DNA of 64,000 bases from the human T2T-CHM13v2.0 reference genome, Homo sapiens: NCBI RefSeq assembly GCF_009914755.1, contig NC_060935.1; one strand, given 5' to 3'. Of the stretch, positions 24,756 to 39,445 are shown piece by piece. How positions within the stretch are numbered: the first letter of the stretch is position 1; every line of letters begins with the position of its first letter. The notes under the pieces are model-generated. The model was not told the origin of the DNA. It saw only the letters and a list, made by a program, of their open reading frames with translations, and did no database searches. The position numbers were made by a program, and so were the translations under genes.

Positions 24756-27700
24756 GCATGAATTTGGGTTTTTATTGCCTTCAGGCAGTGTCGTGATTCT
24801 GGTCTGGGCCTCTGGTCCCCTGTGGCTGGGCTGGGGGTAAACCTGGGCCCTGGCTGCTCTGGTCTCAAGGATCCACCCTTAAGGTGCTTGTCCTCTTGCT
24901 GGGGGAAAGTCAGGCCCTAAGGAAAAAGTTGTCCTCTGCAGATTGGTTGGGCAGGGTGGCCCCTTGGGCTGCAGATCCTGTTGGGTCAGGGGAGGGAGGC
25001 AGCTTTCAAAGGCACAGGGCTTATAAGGACCTAAGACCAGCAATTCCTCTAGGGGGTTCACCTGACCAGGAAACTTCTCCATGAATCATGCCATACTGAT
25101 GGGTCCTTGAATCGGGCCATGTTAGAGCTCCCAGCCCCTTATGCAGACCGTGGTCACCTCACTTCTAGGGCCATTCTTGACTCTGATGAAGCCAGAGGTA
25201 GGGTTTGACTGTCAGATCTGGGTGCCCTACCCAGCAGAACCCTTGCCAGGACAAGTCTGAGGGATGCCCTCATCACATACCCCTCTCTCGGCCTGGAGGC
25301 ATCTTGGGAGGGGTAAAGCCCTCTCCTAGGGATCGTGACTGTCTTGGGTTGTTCACTTGGTTTTGGTGGCAAAGTGGAGGTTTGGGGTTCCAATTCTTTT
25401 CTATCCATTAGAGACTTCAGGAATGTTCAGGTGGAAAGCGTCCATAATGGTCATGAGAGTCAATCTATGAGCATTTTCCAGATGAGGAAATGAGGCCCAG
25501 AGAAGAGAGGGATCTGCCCAGGGCCACAGACAAGTAGGTGTCAGTCTTCCCCTGATTTTTTTTCCCTTGATGCCTCCCAGCATGGCATGAGTCCATGATC
25601 AGATGGGTGGGTGGGAAGCTTCAAGTGTGTATGAAATTCTCATCTAACAGTTTTTCATCATCTCCAAGCATTGGCCTCAACTTCCTGATGCCCCATGCAG
25701 TCCAGGAAACAAGGGGTTGGGGTCCGTGGAGTAGTGAGTACTGTCAGGCCTCTGCCCGGGGCCCCTACCAGGGCTGCCACCACCATTCATAAGCATCAGG
25801 ATGCACAAGCCAAGTAGCCTCCGCTGCTGCAGGGAGGGTAATATCCACTCTACTTAGGGATCCACAAGCAAAGAAGTGCCCTGGTGGACTCAAAGTGGGA
25901 CTCAGCAAAAAGCCGTTAGGAATATGGGTTTCCAGGGACACAGCAGCTAATGGGGAAAGGGAATTAACATGAACTGAGTATCTACTACATGCGGGCATCT
26001 TACACACGTTATCTAATGACAGCTCACAATCACCTAACAGTCCCATTTTACAGGTGAAACAAGGTGCAGAGAGGTAAAATAATGGCCCAAAGCCACAGAG
26101 CCAATGTGTGACAAAGCCAGGGTTTTAACCCAGGTGGTCGGAATCCAGAGCTCAAGTTACAACTGTCTCAAGCTACTTGAGGCCTTCAGGGGCTGGCCAT
26201 TAGGGGTGGAAATGATAGGAACACTAGAGTGGCTGGTCCTAAATCCCAGGACCTCAGGACCTGGCCTCCTGCCCTACTTCATGAAGTGCCATGAATGTGA
26301 CAGGAGGGAGCCACTTCTGATCGTGCCCCAAGCCTCCCCGACACACAGCTGGCCAACCTCACTCTCCTGCTTAAACACCTCGTTGCCCTAAGATTGGAGT
26401 TTCAGCTCCTTCAACTAGCTGGCAAAGCCCACTGCCTCACCAGCCGCTCCTCCCTCCTCCCTCCGCACTGCAGTCACTCTGAAATTCTGAACTTGTAGCA
26501 GTTGCACGGACCCGCGCCCTCCCTCTATCACCCCCACCCCTAACTAACTCCCTAACTCCCAGTTTCAATTGATCACGAAGTCACTTCACCCAGAAGTGGT
26601 GGATGCCTGGGGCTGATGAGAAGGCTTTAAGCCTGAGCCCTAGGCCTGGATTCACCATTCCTAAGCACAATCTCACCCAAGGCTGATCTCATGGCCCTCA
26701 CAACCCACCAGGGCCAAGGGTGGTGGGGGTGTCAGGGGATGATGGGGTACTTGTGTTCAGGAGGGGAGGGTGAGTATGGTAGTTAGGGAGGGAGACGTCC
26801 CACCAACATCTGGTCTGTGCTTGACCTTCAACCATCACTCCAGGGGCCAGGCCAACGACCAGGGAGCACAGAATGGGGCCTGCTCCCCTCTTTCCCTTCC
26901 TTCTCACACAGGAGGAATATGAAGACTGATTCACTTAGTTCACTGAAGAAAAGTAGTTTTTAAAAATGAGTATTTTCTCAAATAGCCACAGTTCTTACAG
27001 CACATTAGCTTACCAGGTGAATGATGTTGTCGTAAATTGACTGTCAAATGGTTATGATATTTGTAAAAGGGCTAAAAGTAAAGGATGAATAGTGACGAGA
27101 GGATCAGAGAGCCCACTCATTTAACCTCCCCCCTACGGTGGGTGGGGTGTACTGATGAATTAATTCATGGGCATTTATTGGGCACTTCCTCCATTCCAGG
27201 ACCCCTCCTTGGCAAAGGGGTTCCAAAATTGACCAAGACCTGGTCTCTTGCTCTCAAAGAGCTCACAGGCTATTAGGAATGAGGGGCTTGGACATCTACA
27301 AAGTCTGAGAATAACCAATAGCAATCAAAGGGTGCAGAAAAAAAATCTGGGAGACATTGTCAACACCTCCTCACTCATTATCTGATGAGTGCTTTCAGAC
27401 ACTCATCAGATTCAGCCAGTGAAGGAGCATGGAGAGCGCCCATCTGCCCAACACTGCTGTCGGGAAAGGCAAAAATGGAGGAACTCAAGGTGATGGGATG
27501 GTCTATGATGTCTTCTAGTGCCAACAGCCATTCATCCTTCCACATGTGGATTATCTGCACCTGTCTGCTTCTAAGAAGGGTTTGACTCAGTTCTGAGAGT
27601 CTGAGGTTCTGCATCAAAGGGCTCGGGCTAATGCACCACCTGATCCTGTTTCAGGCTGGGAAGGAACTCTGAGACACTTCTTTTTGGTGCTCACAAGGAG

Positions 27701-29764
27701 GTCATGGGAGAGGCATTAGGACTCAGCAGCAGAGGCCTTGGGATTTTGGTTTCTTCCAGCAGGTGCTGAAAGAGGTAGGAGGGAGCTCTGAACTGGAACC
27801 TTGTGAGAGAGAGTGCGTTGGTTCTTTGTGAGTAGTAACTGTTCAGGCAGTACGGGCCTGAGTGCTATCCGGTGTGGGATTGCTTTCTGGCCTGTGTGTC
27901 TGATACAGGCCTTTAGGACAGTGGGTGGTGGGCCAGTGTCCTTGGGCTTGCTCCCATATGGATCACCTCTGGGCCATCTGACTGCTCCATCTCTGTGGTT
28001 TGTTTGGTCACCTTGGCAAGTCAAGCTCCGAGTGCATGGAGATATCCTTCTTCCCATTCCTCAAGTTCTTGGAGACTGTACTGGCCTCTATTGGTCCTGA
28101 GAGGTGGGGAACCAAGGGATTTGCTGGCCAGGGCAGCCATGTTTCTAGGGTACAATATTGAGAGGACTCCATGCACGATGTTCAAGGTCAGCCTGTGGCT
28201 GTCAGTGGTCTCTATGTTCAGGCCTGGGAAGCTCAAGATTGTCCTCATCCTCCTCTCCTGAGCTGAACTCACTCCTGGTCCCAGGGCTACTCTCCATCAA
28301 ACCCTTGTCTCACTCAAGGACTTAGCTGGGTCACTTCCCAATCAGGACCCTGGCCTGGTAGTGAGGTTTATGACCTTGAGATGGTCCCTTCCCCCCTTTT
28401 GGCCTCCATTTTCCCACATGAACAAATGAAAATGTTGAATAAAATCAGTGGTTTTTAAACTTTCTCAAGGACCTCTTGTCAAACGAAATGTTATGTGAAG
28501 CCCAATATAGAGAAAAACTAAAGCTGCTTGGAATAAGATGTGTTGGGGGGCGGGGGTCGGGGGAACCTGGACCTCTATCTACCTGGCCTCCTTGACCCAC
28601 AAGGTGGCCACTGAGTTCTCAGGAGACTCCCAGGGCTCTAAAGGATGCAGCGTGACGGCCACTAGGCTGGATGGTCTTTCAAGGGCCTCTAGCTTTGGTA
28701 TCCTGGGATTTTGTAACTTGAAGCCACTGCAGCCCAGCCCTCACAGACTCATTCTGAGTCACAAGGAGGCAGCGTGGGATGGGTCACAGACCTGGGCTGC
28801 CTAGCTGGTGATACTGCCACATGGTTCTCCAGAAAAAGTCCATTCTCTGAGGTCCTCCGGCAAAAGGCTTGCTGCGAGTCACAGCAGAGAGAAAGGTCCT
28901 ATGTCCCCCAGAGCCACAGGGAAGTCAGGGAATGGGGATCTGGCCTGGTCTCCATCTTACCCGAGGGCCCTCTTCCTGTACAGGCTAAGGCTTGAGGGGC
29001 AGACGGTCAGGGGTCAGAGTCTTTGACGTTGCTATCCCTACAGACTCCCCTTCACATGCTGTGGCCTGTCCCTCATCTGAAACAGTATATTTTAGCAAGT
29101 ATAGTCACACAAACAAGCTCCAGCGCCTTGGCTGACTCAGATGAAGACAAATCTGAGAGTTTCGTCGGTTCTAGCCTCTCTTGCTGTCCTAGGGTTTTCC
29201 TCTACTGGGTCTTCCCGGAAGTCTTGACTCTTCCTCCACATACGCCTCTCTATTCCCCTCCACCCCTACTCCAGAACCTTCTCCCTCACCCGCAGTCACC
29301 AAGATAAGAGCTCTTTCCTGTTTAAGTATCCAGTCATCTGATCAGGGTACCTCGATATCCTTGAACTAGAAAACCATGTGCTCTGGGCCTTAAAAATAAA
29401 ACCCCAGGAGGGGCTGCTCTAGGCATGGCCCAGGAACCCTTTGTTTTGCTGAATTGAAGGCTGCTGGGCCAAAATAATGAAGGACCTAGAACTGGGTTTT
29501 CTATCTCCACCAGGCAGCGACAGGCTGGAGACTTCCTACTGGTGTGTTAGCTTTCCATATCTTTAGTGAAGACCTAACCCCTCATTCTCCTCTGCTGAGT
29601 AGAAAGCATGTCTGTCTCCTTGAGCCCCAGGCACTAGGCAAGCAGCCTGCCATCATTCTGGTTTGTGGTCAGCCTAACCATCACTGCCTCCTGAGCCCTT
29701 CTTCGGCCAACCCCACAGCCCAACAAAACAATTCTCTGGGAAGGCTTTTGGTGGGAAAAGCCAC

Positions 29765-29770
29765 TTTATT
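29765..29770 (-). terminator. SERGEF: SERGEF poly(A) signal
   Basis: TTTATT on + (AATAAA on -), 12 nt after the stop codon. Confidence 0.85.
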
Positions 29771-29782
29771 AAAGATTCTCTA

Positions 29783-30111
29783 TCACAGTCCCCCATTTCT
29801 GGACCAGTCAGATTGGCTTTGGGTTGAAGTTTCTGATTGTCTTTCCTTCCAGTTTCTCTCTTTGTCCATGGCTTTCTGAGATTCAGTGTCCTCGATGGCA
29901 TCTGGGGAAAGGTAGGTGACCTTGGGGTCCTGGACCAATGCAGGGTGAGCTGGCAGCTGGCAGAGGGCCAAGGAGTGGCCAGCCCCACAGCCCACAAGGA
30001 GTCCTGACGATGACAGCAGAGCCTGCACCGGCTTTGGGGCCCAGACGTTGGCTTCAGTGCCATCTCCGCACATGCCATGCTCATTCCAGCCCCAAGAGTA
30101 ACACACTCCAC
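29783..30111 (-). CDS. SERGEF: SERGEF (DelGEF) last coding exon: final RCC1 repeat plus acidic/polar tail
   Basis: GVCYSWGWNEHGMCGDGT...VGCGAGHSLAL is an RCC1 repeat and the frame ends ...DWSRNGGL*. Minus-strand acceptor cttccctctccttcacAG at 30113-30112, phase 1. SERGEF is the known convergent neighbour of KCNC1. Confidence 0.95.
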
Positions 30112-30399
30112 CTGTGAAGGAGAGGGAAGACTGCTGTAGAAGAGGTTTTGGATAATAGGGCTGAAACATTCACCCTGAGGGTACAGGTATCATCATAAAC
30201 CCCAGTTCACTCAGGAAGACGCCAAAGCTTAAGGACACATGGCGGCATCCTCCCCATCCCTACTTCCTTCCCTTCCCCTGAGGGCAGCTGCCCTCCTGCC
30301 CCTGAGGCATGCTTCCCATTCCCACAAAACTCATGACTGCTCATGTTCCAAGCGTGGCTTTCCTCCTCGGCCCTTCCCTACTGTCACCACCACATATAA

Positions 30400-31120
30400 T
30401 CCATCACCAGACCTACTGACTCTGCCTCCAAAAACATCTCAAATCTTTCCCCATATTTTTCCATCTCCTCAGCCAGCTCCAGCCTCATCCAGGCCACCAT
30501 TTCTCTTACCTGGGCCATGCCAATAGCCAACTAACTAACCCAGCTGCTCACTCCATCCACCCTGATCTTCAAAGAGCATCAAGACAATCTTCGACAACTG
30601 CAAATCTAATCACGTGTCACTCTGCTGCTTAAAACCCTTCAGTGCCTTTCCATGGTCCTTAAGGAGGCCTTCCCTTGGCCTGTGAGGCCTGAGTGATCTG
30701 GCTCCTAACTATCTTGGTGTCCTCACCCTGCACAACTCTTGCCCTCCCTCTTTGCATGCAGAACCCTGGCTTGTTTTCTGTTCCTTAAGTATGTCCAGTA
30801 GGGCCTTCCTATCTCTCAAAGCCCTCAGTTTACTGGGCTTCCAGACCTCTTCATGTTTTCCATTCCAGTTGTCGCTCAGAGGCCAGGGTCCCTGACCACC
30901 CAATCCAAATCAGATTCTCATGACTGCCCTTGTATTCTTCCCTCATGAGGATCTGGCACTCTGTAGTGAGGGATGATTTGTGTGGTGATGTGTTTACTGT
31001 CCCCTCTTCACTAGACTGCACTCTGTGGTGAGGGAAGAAGCGTGTATACTTTCTTCACTGCTGTATCTCTAGGACAGTGCCTGGTACACAGTTGGTGCTC
31101 AACAGGTGTTTACTGAATAG
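30400..31120 (+). mobile_element. L2 LINE 3' fragments
   Basis: L2-like tcactctgctgcttaaaacccttcagtg and 3' end acagtgcctggtacacagttggtgctcaa...tgaat; boundaries approximate. Confidence 0.65.
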
Positions 31121-31475
31121 ATACAAAAATGAACAAATTCATACAGCCAGAAAGTGGCCAAGCCAACATTCATGCCCAGGTAACTCCAACAGTCCACCCA
31201 TCATAACACGTCTTCCTAGGTTTTAGACACTGTCCTAGGTCTAAACTCATTCATGTTTTTCTGTGGTCGTTTAAAAAAAATCTTCTGGACATAAAAATAA
31301 TACATCTTCATGACAAAAGAAAAGAAAAGAAACAATGGACAATATGGATGTGTAAGGAAAAGCAAACTTGCAGAATCTTGCCCTTGCCACTACTAGGAAT
31401 ATTTTGGATATCTCTTTCAACCCTTTAATTTGTGAAATTTATAAATATTTGTATATATGTTTGTCCTGCTTTTTA

Positions 31476-33290
<1,815 letters not shown>

Positions 33291-33299
33291 CTTTTTCCT

Positions 33300-33555
33300 G
33301 GTTAGTACAGAAGAGTTTAGAACTCAGGCCCAAGAGCCAGATGAACTGGGTTCAAATCCCAGCTTCGCCACTTACTAGTTGTGCCGCTTCAAGCAAGTTA
33401 CTTAGCATTTCTATATCTCAGTTCTCTCATCTGTTCAATGGGGACAGTAATACCTTATTAGAGTTGTTTACAAGGGTTAAATGAGTAAGTATAGTATATG
33501 CAAAAGACTCAGAATGGCGCCTGGCACATAGTACTACATAAATGTTTGTTATTGT
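33300..33555 (+). mobile_element. Near full-length MIR SINE
   Basis: ctgggttcaaatcccagcttcgccacttactag...caagttactt...tcagttctctcatctg...gcctggcacatagt. Confidence 0.85.
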
Positions 33556-34506
33556 TGTTGTCACCTATTAAGAGCTTTGTTGTTTGAAAGACTTTGATTT
33601 TAAGAATATTAGTTCTTTCTCTGCTATATTTAGCATTACTTTTTTTTCCTCAGTTTGACTTAAAATTTTGTTTTCAGTCTTTTGATAAGTGTATGGTTCT
33701 ACGCAGTAAAAACTTCTTTTTGATAGTTCAAGGATTTGAATTTTTAAATCTTCTTTACATTTAACTCATTATCCACTGAAAACTTGTTTTGCAGACCACT
33801 CTATCAAGAGGGTAGCTGGCTGGGCCCCGGGATTACCCTTCCCTTCCCTTTCCCTTAGTAGGAAGGCAATCACTGGCCAAAAGCTTGGGTTTAGGGAAAC
33901 ACAGATGTCTGCCTGTTTGGCCCACAAATGCGGAAGCGCATACAGAGAGGATGAACCCCAGGCCACATCTCCTACAGTTAAGCAGGAGTTCCAGCCAGGT
34001 TGAGCTGAGGCACGAGGTAGGGAGAGTGGAAGAGGCTTGGTACCTTTGCGCCTAGTTCGGCACCTGGTATGGGCTTTGTGCCCGGCCCTGGTGAGTGGCA
34101 CCAGCTGACCGTCAGCAGGGATGGGGGTGGGAGGAAGGCAGAGCTGACCTACCAGCAGGACACAGCACAGTGGGAAGCTGGCAGGTGCCTCTCCTCCAGC
34201 CAAAGGGAACACACTCTGAGGAAGCTACGCCTGGGACCGGGGTAGCCAAAGGACTAGAGCCAGGATTTTCATGCCCACTGGGTCGAGAAGCCTGGTAAAG
34301 GCCCAGTAATATCCCCCCGCAGTACTTCCAAAGAAAGCTGGACTTTGGGTTAGGTGCTCTGTGTACTTTATCTCATTTAATTCTAAGAACCATGTGAGGC
34401 AGCCACAATTTACAGATTATTCTCATTTTAGAGAGAATAAAACAGAGGCTCTAGAATCCAGGCAGGATGGCTCCAGAATCTGTGCTGAAGTCTGCATGTT
34501 ACATCC

Positions 34507-34682
34507 CAGGGCTTGTCAAGCTTATTCTATAAGGGGCAGATAGGAAATACTTTAGGTTTGAGGGCCATGTTAGGTCTCTGTCATGTATTCTTTTTGATAA
34601 CCCTTTAAAAACCATTCTTAGCTTGCAGCATCACACACAAAGAGGCTACAAGTCAAATTTGGTCATAGTTTGCCATCCCCTG
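34507..34682 (+). mobile_element. MER58-type hAT-Charlie non-autonomous DNA transposon
   Basis: Ends CAGGG...CCCTG; internal aaggggcagataggaaatactttagg and tagtttgccatcccctg resemble MER58. Confidence 0.7.
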
Positions 34683-36279
34683 CTCCACACATATTATAGA
34701 CTATGGCCTATGGACTACGCTATGCTGTCCTGGTCCCACCTTACCACACAACTGTGTGATAATGGTACGTAGGTCCCCACTGACTTCATAGGGTTGCCAT
34801 GAGGAGGAGCAATGCCCCAGCACCATGCCTGACACAGTGACAGCTCAAACCCATGTGGAAAGCAGATCATGGGAATAGGAGGAAAAGGCAAGGAAAGCCA
34901 CACCAGTGGCAAACAGCAAAGAGGAGATGGAGGGGCAGCAGCAGATGAGAAGGTCTAAAGTAGAATGATAGGAAGTTTGGGGTTTCCAAACACTTTAAAC
35001 AAGCCTATAGGAAAAAAAAAGCCAGGATGCTGAACTCAGAAAAGCAAAGGATTGGTTATCCCCTTAACAGAAGGACTTGCAGCAGGACATCTTTCAGTAA
35101 TAAGCTCCTCCAGCATTTTAGAATAGGTTTCATTCACCCCCTAACCTCACTTAGGGCCACCTTTTCAGGGGCACAATGAAGCTGGCAAGGCCCTCCAGAC
35201 TCAGCAAGATGCTACTATGCAGGCTGTTCTCACACAGAAGTAAGAGGAAGGAGAGTGGCCTACAGAAAGCCTCTCCCTAAGCGACATGGAACATGGAACG
35301 TCCAGTTTTCAAAACAGGTAAGTTAGAGGACGATCCCTGGCTTTACAGAGGGCTCTCTGCAGTGTGCTTGGCACTTGTCAGGTCTTCGAAGACACCAGAA
35401 TCCCACCTGGTTGACGGAGATCTGCTTTGCTGGTCCTGGGGCACATGGCTGAGCCTTGGGTGGAGAGCCCCATATTTACAGAGGGATTCCCTAGGCCCTT
35501 GGAGTTCAGGCCTCCTGCTCACAGGGCTCAATCTAGGCTGTGACGAGTGATGGAGCTCACAGCCCACCACACTTGCGTCAGCCTAAGAGCCCTGCAGGCA
35601 ACGGAACCTCAGGACTGGCAGGGTCCCTGGCACAAGCTGGACACAATACCCAAATCTGTTCAGGTCTGTGGCACCTGCCCGAGCTTCTTGGCAACTAAGT
35701 CCTCATAGGGCCTTATGGTGCTGGGACTGCAGCCCAGTGCTAGGGAGGGGGCAGCATTTCTGCTGGAGGACGTTGCCAAGGAGGAATAAACACCTGAGCA
35801 TGTGTGCAGAGCCTCCTGGTTGTCTCTTGAACCACAGAATAAAGACATTTCCCAACCTTTCTTGCAGCTAGCTAGGTGTGATCAGTGAGGGTCAAGCTGA
35901 AATGTTCTGTAATTGCTTATGGGACTTTTCCTTAAAAGACAGATGGCATACACTCTTTGCTCCTTCTTCTTTGTCCCTCTTGCATCCTGTCACTGGGAAT
36001 GTGGATGCGATAGCTGGAGTTGTAGCCACTACCTCTGACCATGAGCATGAGGGCTGCGACCTAGGGATGGTGCTTCTCAGTTTCATAAAAATGTCACCTT
36101 AATTTCCACGGCAACCCTCGGAGGTACTACTACGTCCATTTTACAGATGAAGAACCAGGCTCAGAGAGGTAAAGTAATTTGTCTATAGCCACACAGCTAT
36201 TCTAGTCAGGACTAGAATCCAGGACTCCCAAATCTCAGGCGCCTTCACTAGTTCCAAACCATGTGAAAATGGTAACAGA

Positions 36280-36480
36280 ATCATTGAATACTTGGTATAT
36301 GCCAGGCCCTGTGATAAGCACTTTGCAAATATTCATTCACCGAATCCTCACAACAAACTTGTGAAGTGCAATCTAATATTATCCCCATTTTGCAGAGAGA
36401 TGACGTGAACTGTGCAAGGAAACAAGAGGCAGAGCTGGATTCGAACCCAGACAGTCTGGCTCCAGGCCCTCTTCTATTTA
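36280..36480 (-). mobile_element. MIR SINE
   Basis: attatccccattttgcagag...agagctggattcgaacccagacagtctggctccag. Confidence 0.75.
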
Positions 36481-38030
36481 ATATTATACTGTTCTCTCTA
36501 GCAAAAACGTTGCTTCCCAGGTAATTAAGAAAAGGTACAGAGTAACAGTCCACCTATGGGAACACAGGAAGTAATGGAAGGCAAGAACTCCAGCTGGCGA
36601 GAGAAAGATACTGTGCAGAGGAGCAGAAATCTCCCTGAGCCCTGTGAGCGCTGGGGCTGAGGCCCTGCCCCCTTCTGCATCTGCTGGGCAGTGGGAAGAG
36701 GAGGGAGAGATAGGCACAAGAAATTAGGTAGCGAATGGTCCATGTTGTCTCCTCCTGTCTAAGAGCACGCATAGGCCTAGACCAACAGTCAGGACTGCTC
36801 TTCTGCACTACCAGGCTGACGGAGAGGAGGGGTGAGGTTTGAGCGCCCTCATAGAGAGGAGGGCTCTGGATTCTGGTACATGTCAGGAAGGATGGGGCGG
36901 GCCTTGGAGCAGGGTAAGTTTGGGAGACACTTCTGAGTGTTTAGCCACCCAAGCTCATAGGGATCCCATCCTTTTGGCAGCAACTGGTAGAACTGTCCCT
37001 AGGGTCCTGCTGTGAGCAAGGAATGGGGAGTGAGGAATCCCTGAAGTGGGCCTCCTAAAGTGCTTTGGGTCTAGATGGCAACAGCAGGATGGAAAAAGGG
37101 GATCAGGTCCTCACGTCCCTTGCCCTATCCTTTATGCTGAGGCTGCTGGCCTGGGTGGGAGAAATCAGGCAGAAACACAGCCTGGTCTAGGTCCTCCCAT
37201 GGAAAATTTCCTGTCTCCACAGCACCTATGAGACCAAGTCCAGGCCCCTTAGCTGGCTCCCAAGGCCCTGAGTAGTCTGTCTCTCATCACCCCTGTTCCC
37301 CAACTCAGTGTTCCAGCCCCACAGGCTTGCTGTCGGCTCCCCGAATTCACCCAGGCTGTTCACATTGCCATGCTCTTGCCCAACCTTGAGTCCATTTATT
37401 TCATCATGTGGGTGCCTTTTCTGGTTTAGGACTTGTGCTGCACACAAGACCCAGAGAAGAGGAAAATTCATTTTGTGCCCTCAGGGTCCCCATCCACTGA
37501 GGAAGACAGCCATGGGAAAAGACAGTTATGGGAAATGATGGCATGTGTACACAAGGGGCATGGACAGTGGTGTTTACTGTAGCACTGTTTGCAACTGCAA
37601 AAGACTGGGGGGCTTCAAGAACATTCACCAGTAGAAGATGATTTCAAAAAGCCACGGCCCCCTTCAGACTAGGATCCTTACATATTAAAACTTTTTTTTA
37701 ACATAAAGTTATGCAAAGCCCCTATATATTTTTATATGTACAAATGGAAAAGAATACATCCCAAATTGAGAACAGTCTCTGACAAAGACAGGGAGAAATG
37801 GGGGAAGGGTGACCCTCATTTTCATTTCGTTCAAATATTTTAAAAAGCAGTAACACAGAGATGATTTTAAAAATAATAGTATTTCCAGGGACAGAGGTAG
37901 CAAAGAGGAGAGGATGACCTAGGAGACACTGACCCAGGAGGCCATGCAGAGAATGGCCATGAGAATGGCTATGAGGATGATGGTCCTATTGGGCCTGGCA
38001 GAGGACACAGGCACTGTCAGTGTTGGGCCC

Positions 38031-38402
38031 TGCTATGGTTTGAATGTGTTCCCAAAAGTACAGGTGTTGGAAACTTAATCCCCAATGCAACAGTGTTGAG
38101 AAGCGGGACCTTTAAGAGGCAATCAGGTCATGAGGGCTCTGCCCTCATGAATGGATGAATGCTGTCACTGTGGGAATGGGTTAATTATCGTGGGAGTTTG
38201 GTCTCTTTTTCTCTCTTTCTTGAATGTTTGCTTGCCCTTTTGCCATGTTATGATGCAGCAAGAAGGTCTTCCCCAGATGTGGCCCTGTGATCTTGGACTT
38301 CCCAGTCTCCAGAACCATTTATTGAGCTAAATAAATCTCTTTTCTTTATAAATTACCCAGTCTGTGGTATTCTGTTATAGCAGCAAAACATGGACTAAAA
38401 CA
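38031..38402 (+). mobile_element. MST-family (MaLR) solo LTR
   Basis: TGCTATGGTTTGAATG...ataaattacccagtctgtggtattctgttatagcagca...CA; 5-bp TSD GGCCC at 38026-38030 and 38403-38407. Confidence 0.9.
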
Positions 38403-38749
38403 GGCCCTTTCAGGAATTAGTCCATCCATCACTCTCCAGGGCCAAGGATACCCTCGAGGCAGGAGCTGAGGCAGCAGAAAGAAGCTACTCCAGAATCAAA
38501 AGTGGGGCTGTTCACCCACAGGATTACTCTGGGGATGTTTCGGGTTTGTGGCCCACATTGCTTCAGAGAAGGCTGTATGTGGGAAAACAGACAGGCCTAG
38601 GGTCCCCTTCACACCAAGATCCACAGCAGCCCTGAGAATGAGGTGAGAGGAGTAGATGGGGGGTGAGGGTTGGAGGCAAGGAGGCCAGCAAGGAGGCTGT
38701 GGCTGTCCACCAGGTAAGAAAAGGGCAGGGCCTGTGGAAAAAGGGTTTG

Positions 38750-39445
38750 GGGAAGGTAATGTGCAAAATACAGCCAGGATCTGGCCACTTCTCACCAGTG
38801 CCATCACCCCTCAAGGGCTGCCCAACTGGTCTCTCTGCTGCCTCTGTTTCCCTGTATGTTCTATTCTCCACACAGCAACTTGAGTGATTGTGTTAAAACC
38901 TATGTCAGACAAGGCACTGCACTGTTTAGAATCCTTCAGTGGCTTCTCCTGTTACTCAGAATAAACAACAGCGGGTCTCCAGCTCCTTCTCTGACATCAT
39001 GTTCTATCATGATCCACTCTGCTAACATCACCATAGTGACACTGACTTTCTTAGTGTTCCTCAAACAGTACTTGCCTCAGGACCTTTGCACTTATTGTTC
39101 CTGCTATCTGGAATGCTCTTGGCCCTGACAGCCACAGGTTCATTCCTTCATGTTGTTCAGGTATTTGTGAGAGTCCCACCTTATTTGAGAGGCCTTCCCT
39201 GACAACTTTATATGAAATAGCAGTCTACCCCTACTCCCGTCTTATCTCTTCACCTGCTCTATTTTTCTTCATTTTTTTTTTACAGTTTATTTATTTTATG
39301 ATCTCTCTCTCCTAACAAAACACAAGCTCTTTGAGAGTTAGGTACTCTGTTTTGTTTGCTGCTATATCCCAGTACCTGAAACAGTGCTTGGCATAGGTTA
39401 GTGCTCAATGCTGTTGTGTGAATGAAAGGACAAATGAATGAATGG
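38750..39445 (+). mobile_element. L2 LINE 3' end
   Basis: cctcaggacctttgcac...ggaatgctctt; ends acagtgcttggcatagg...tgaatgaatg. Confidence 0.75.

Noticed and set aside
27420-27440. REST/RE1-like site (..CATGGAGAGCGCC); also left halves TCAGCACC near 22007, 22121 and 57887
   Set aside because: Only half-sites; the partner halves have several mismatches at key positions.
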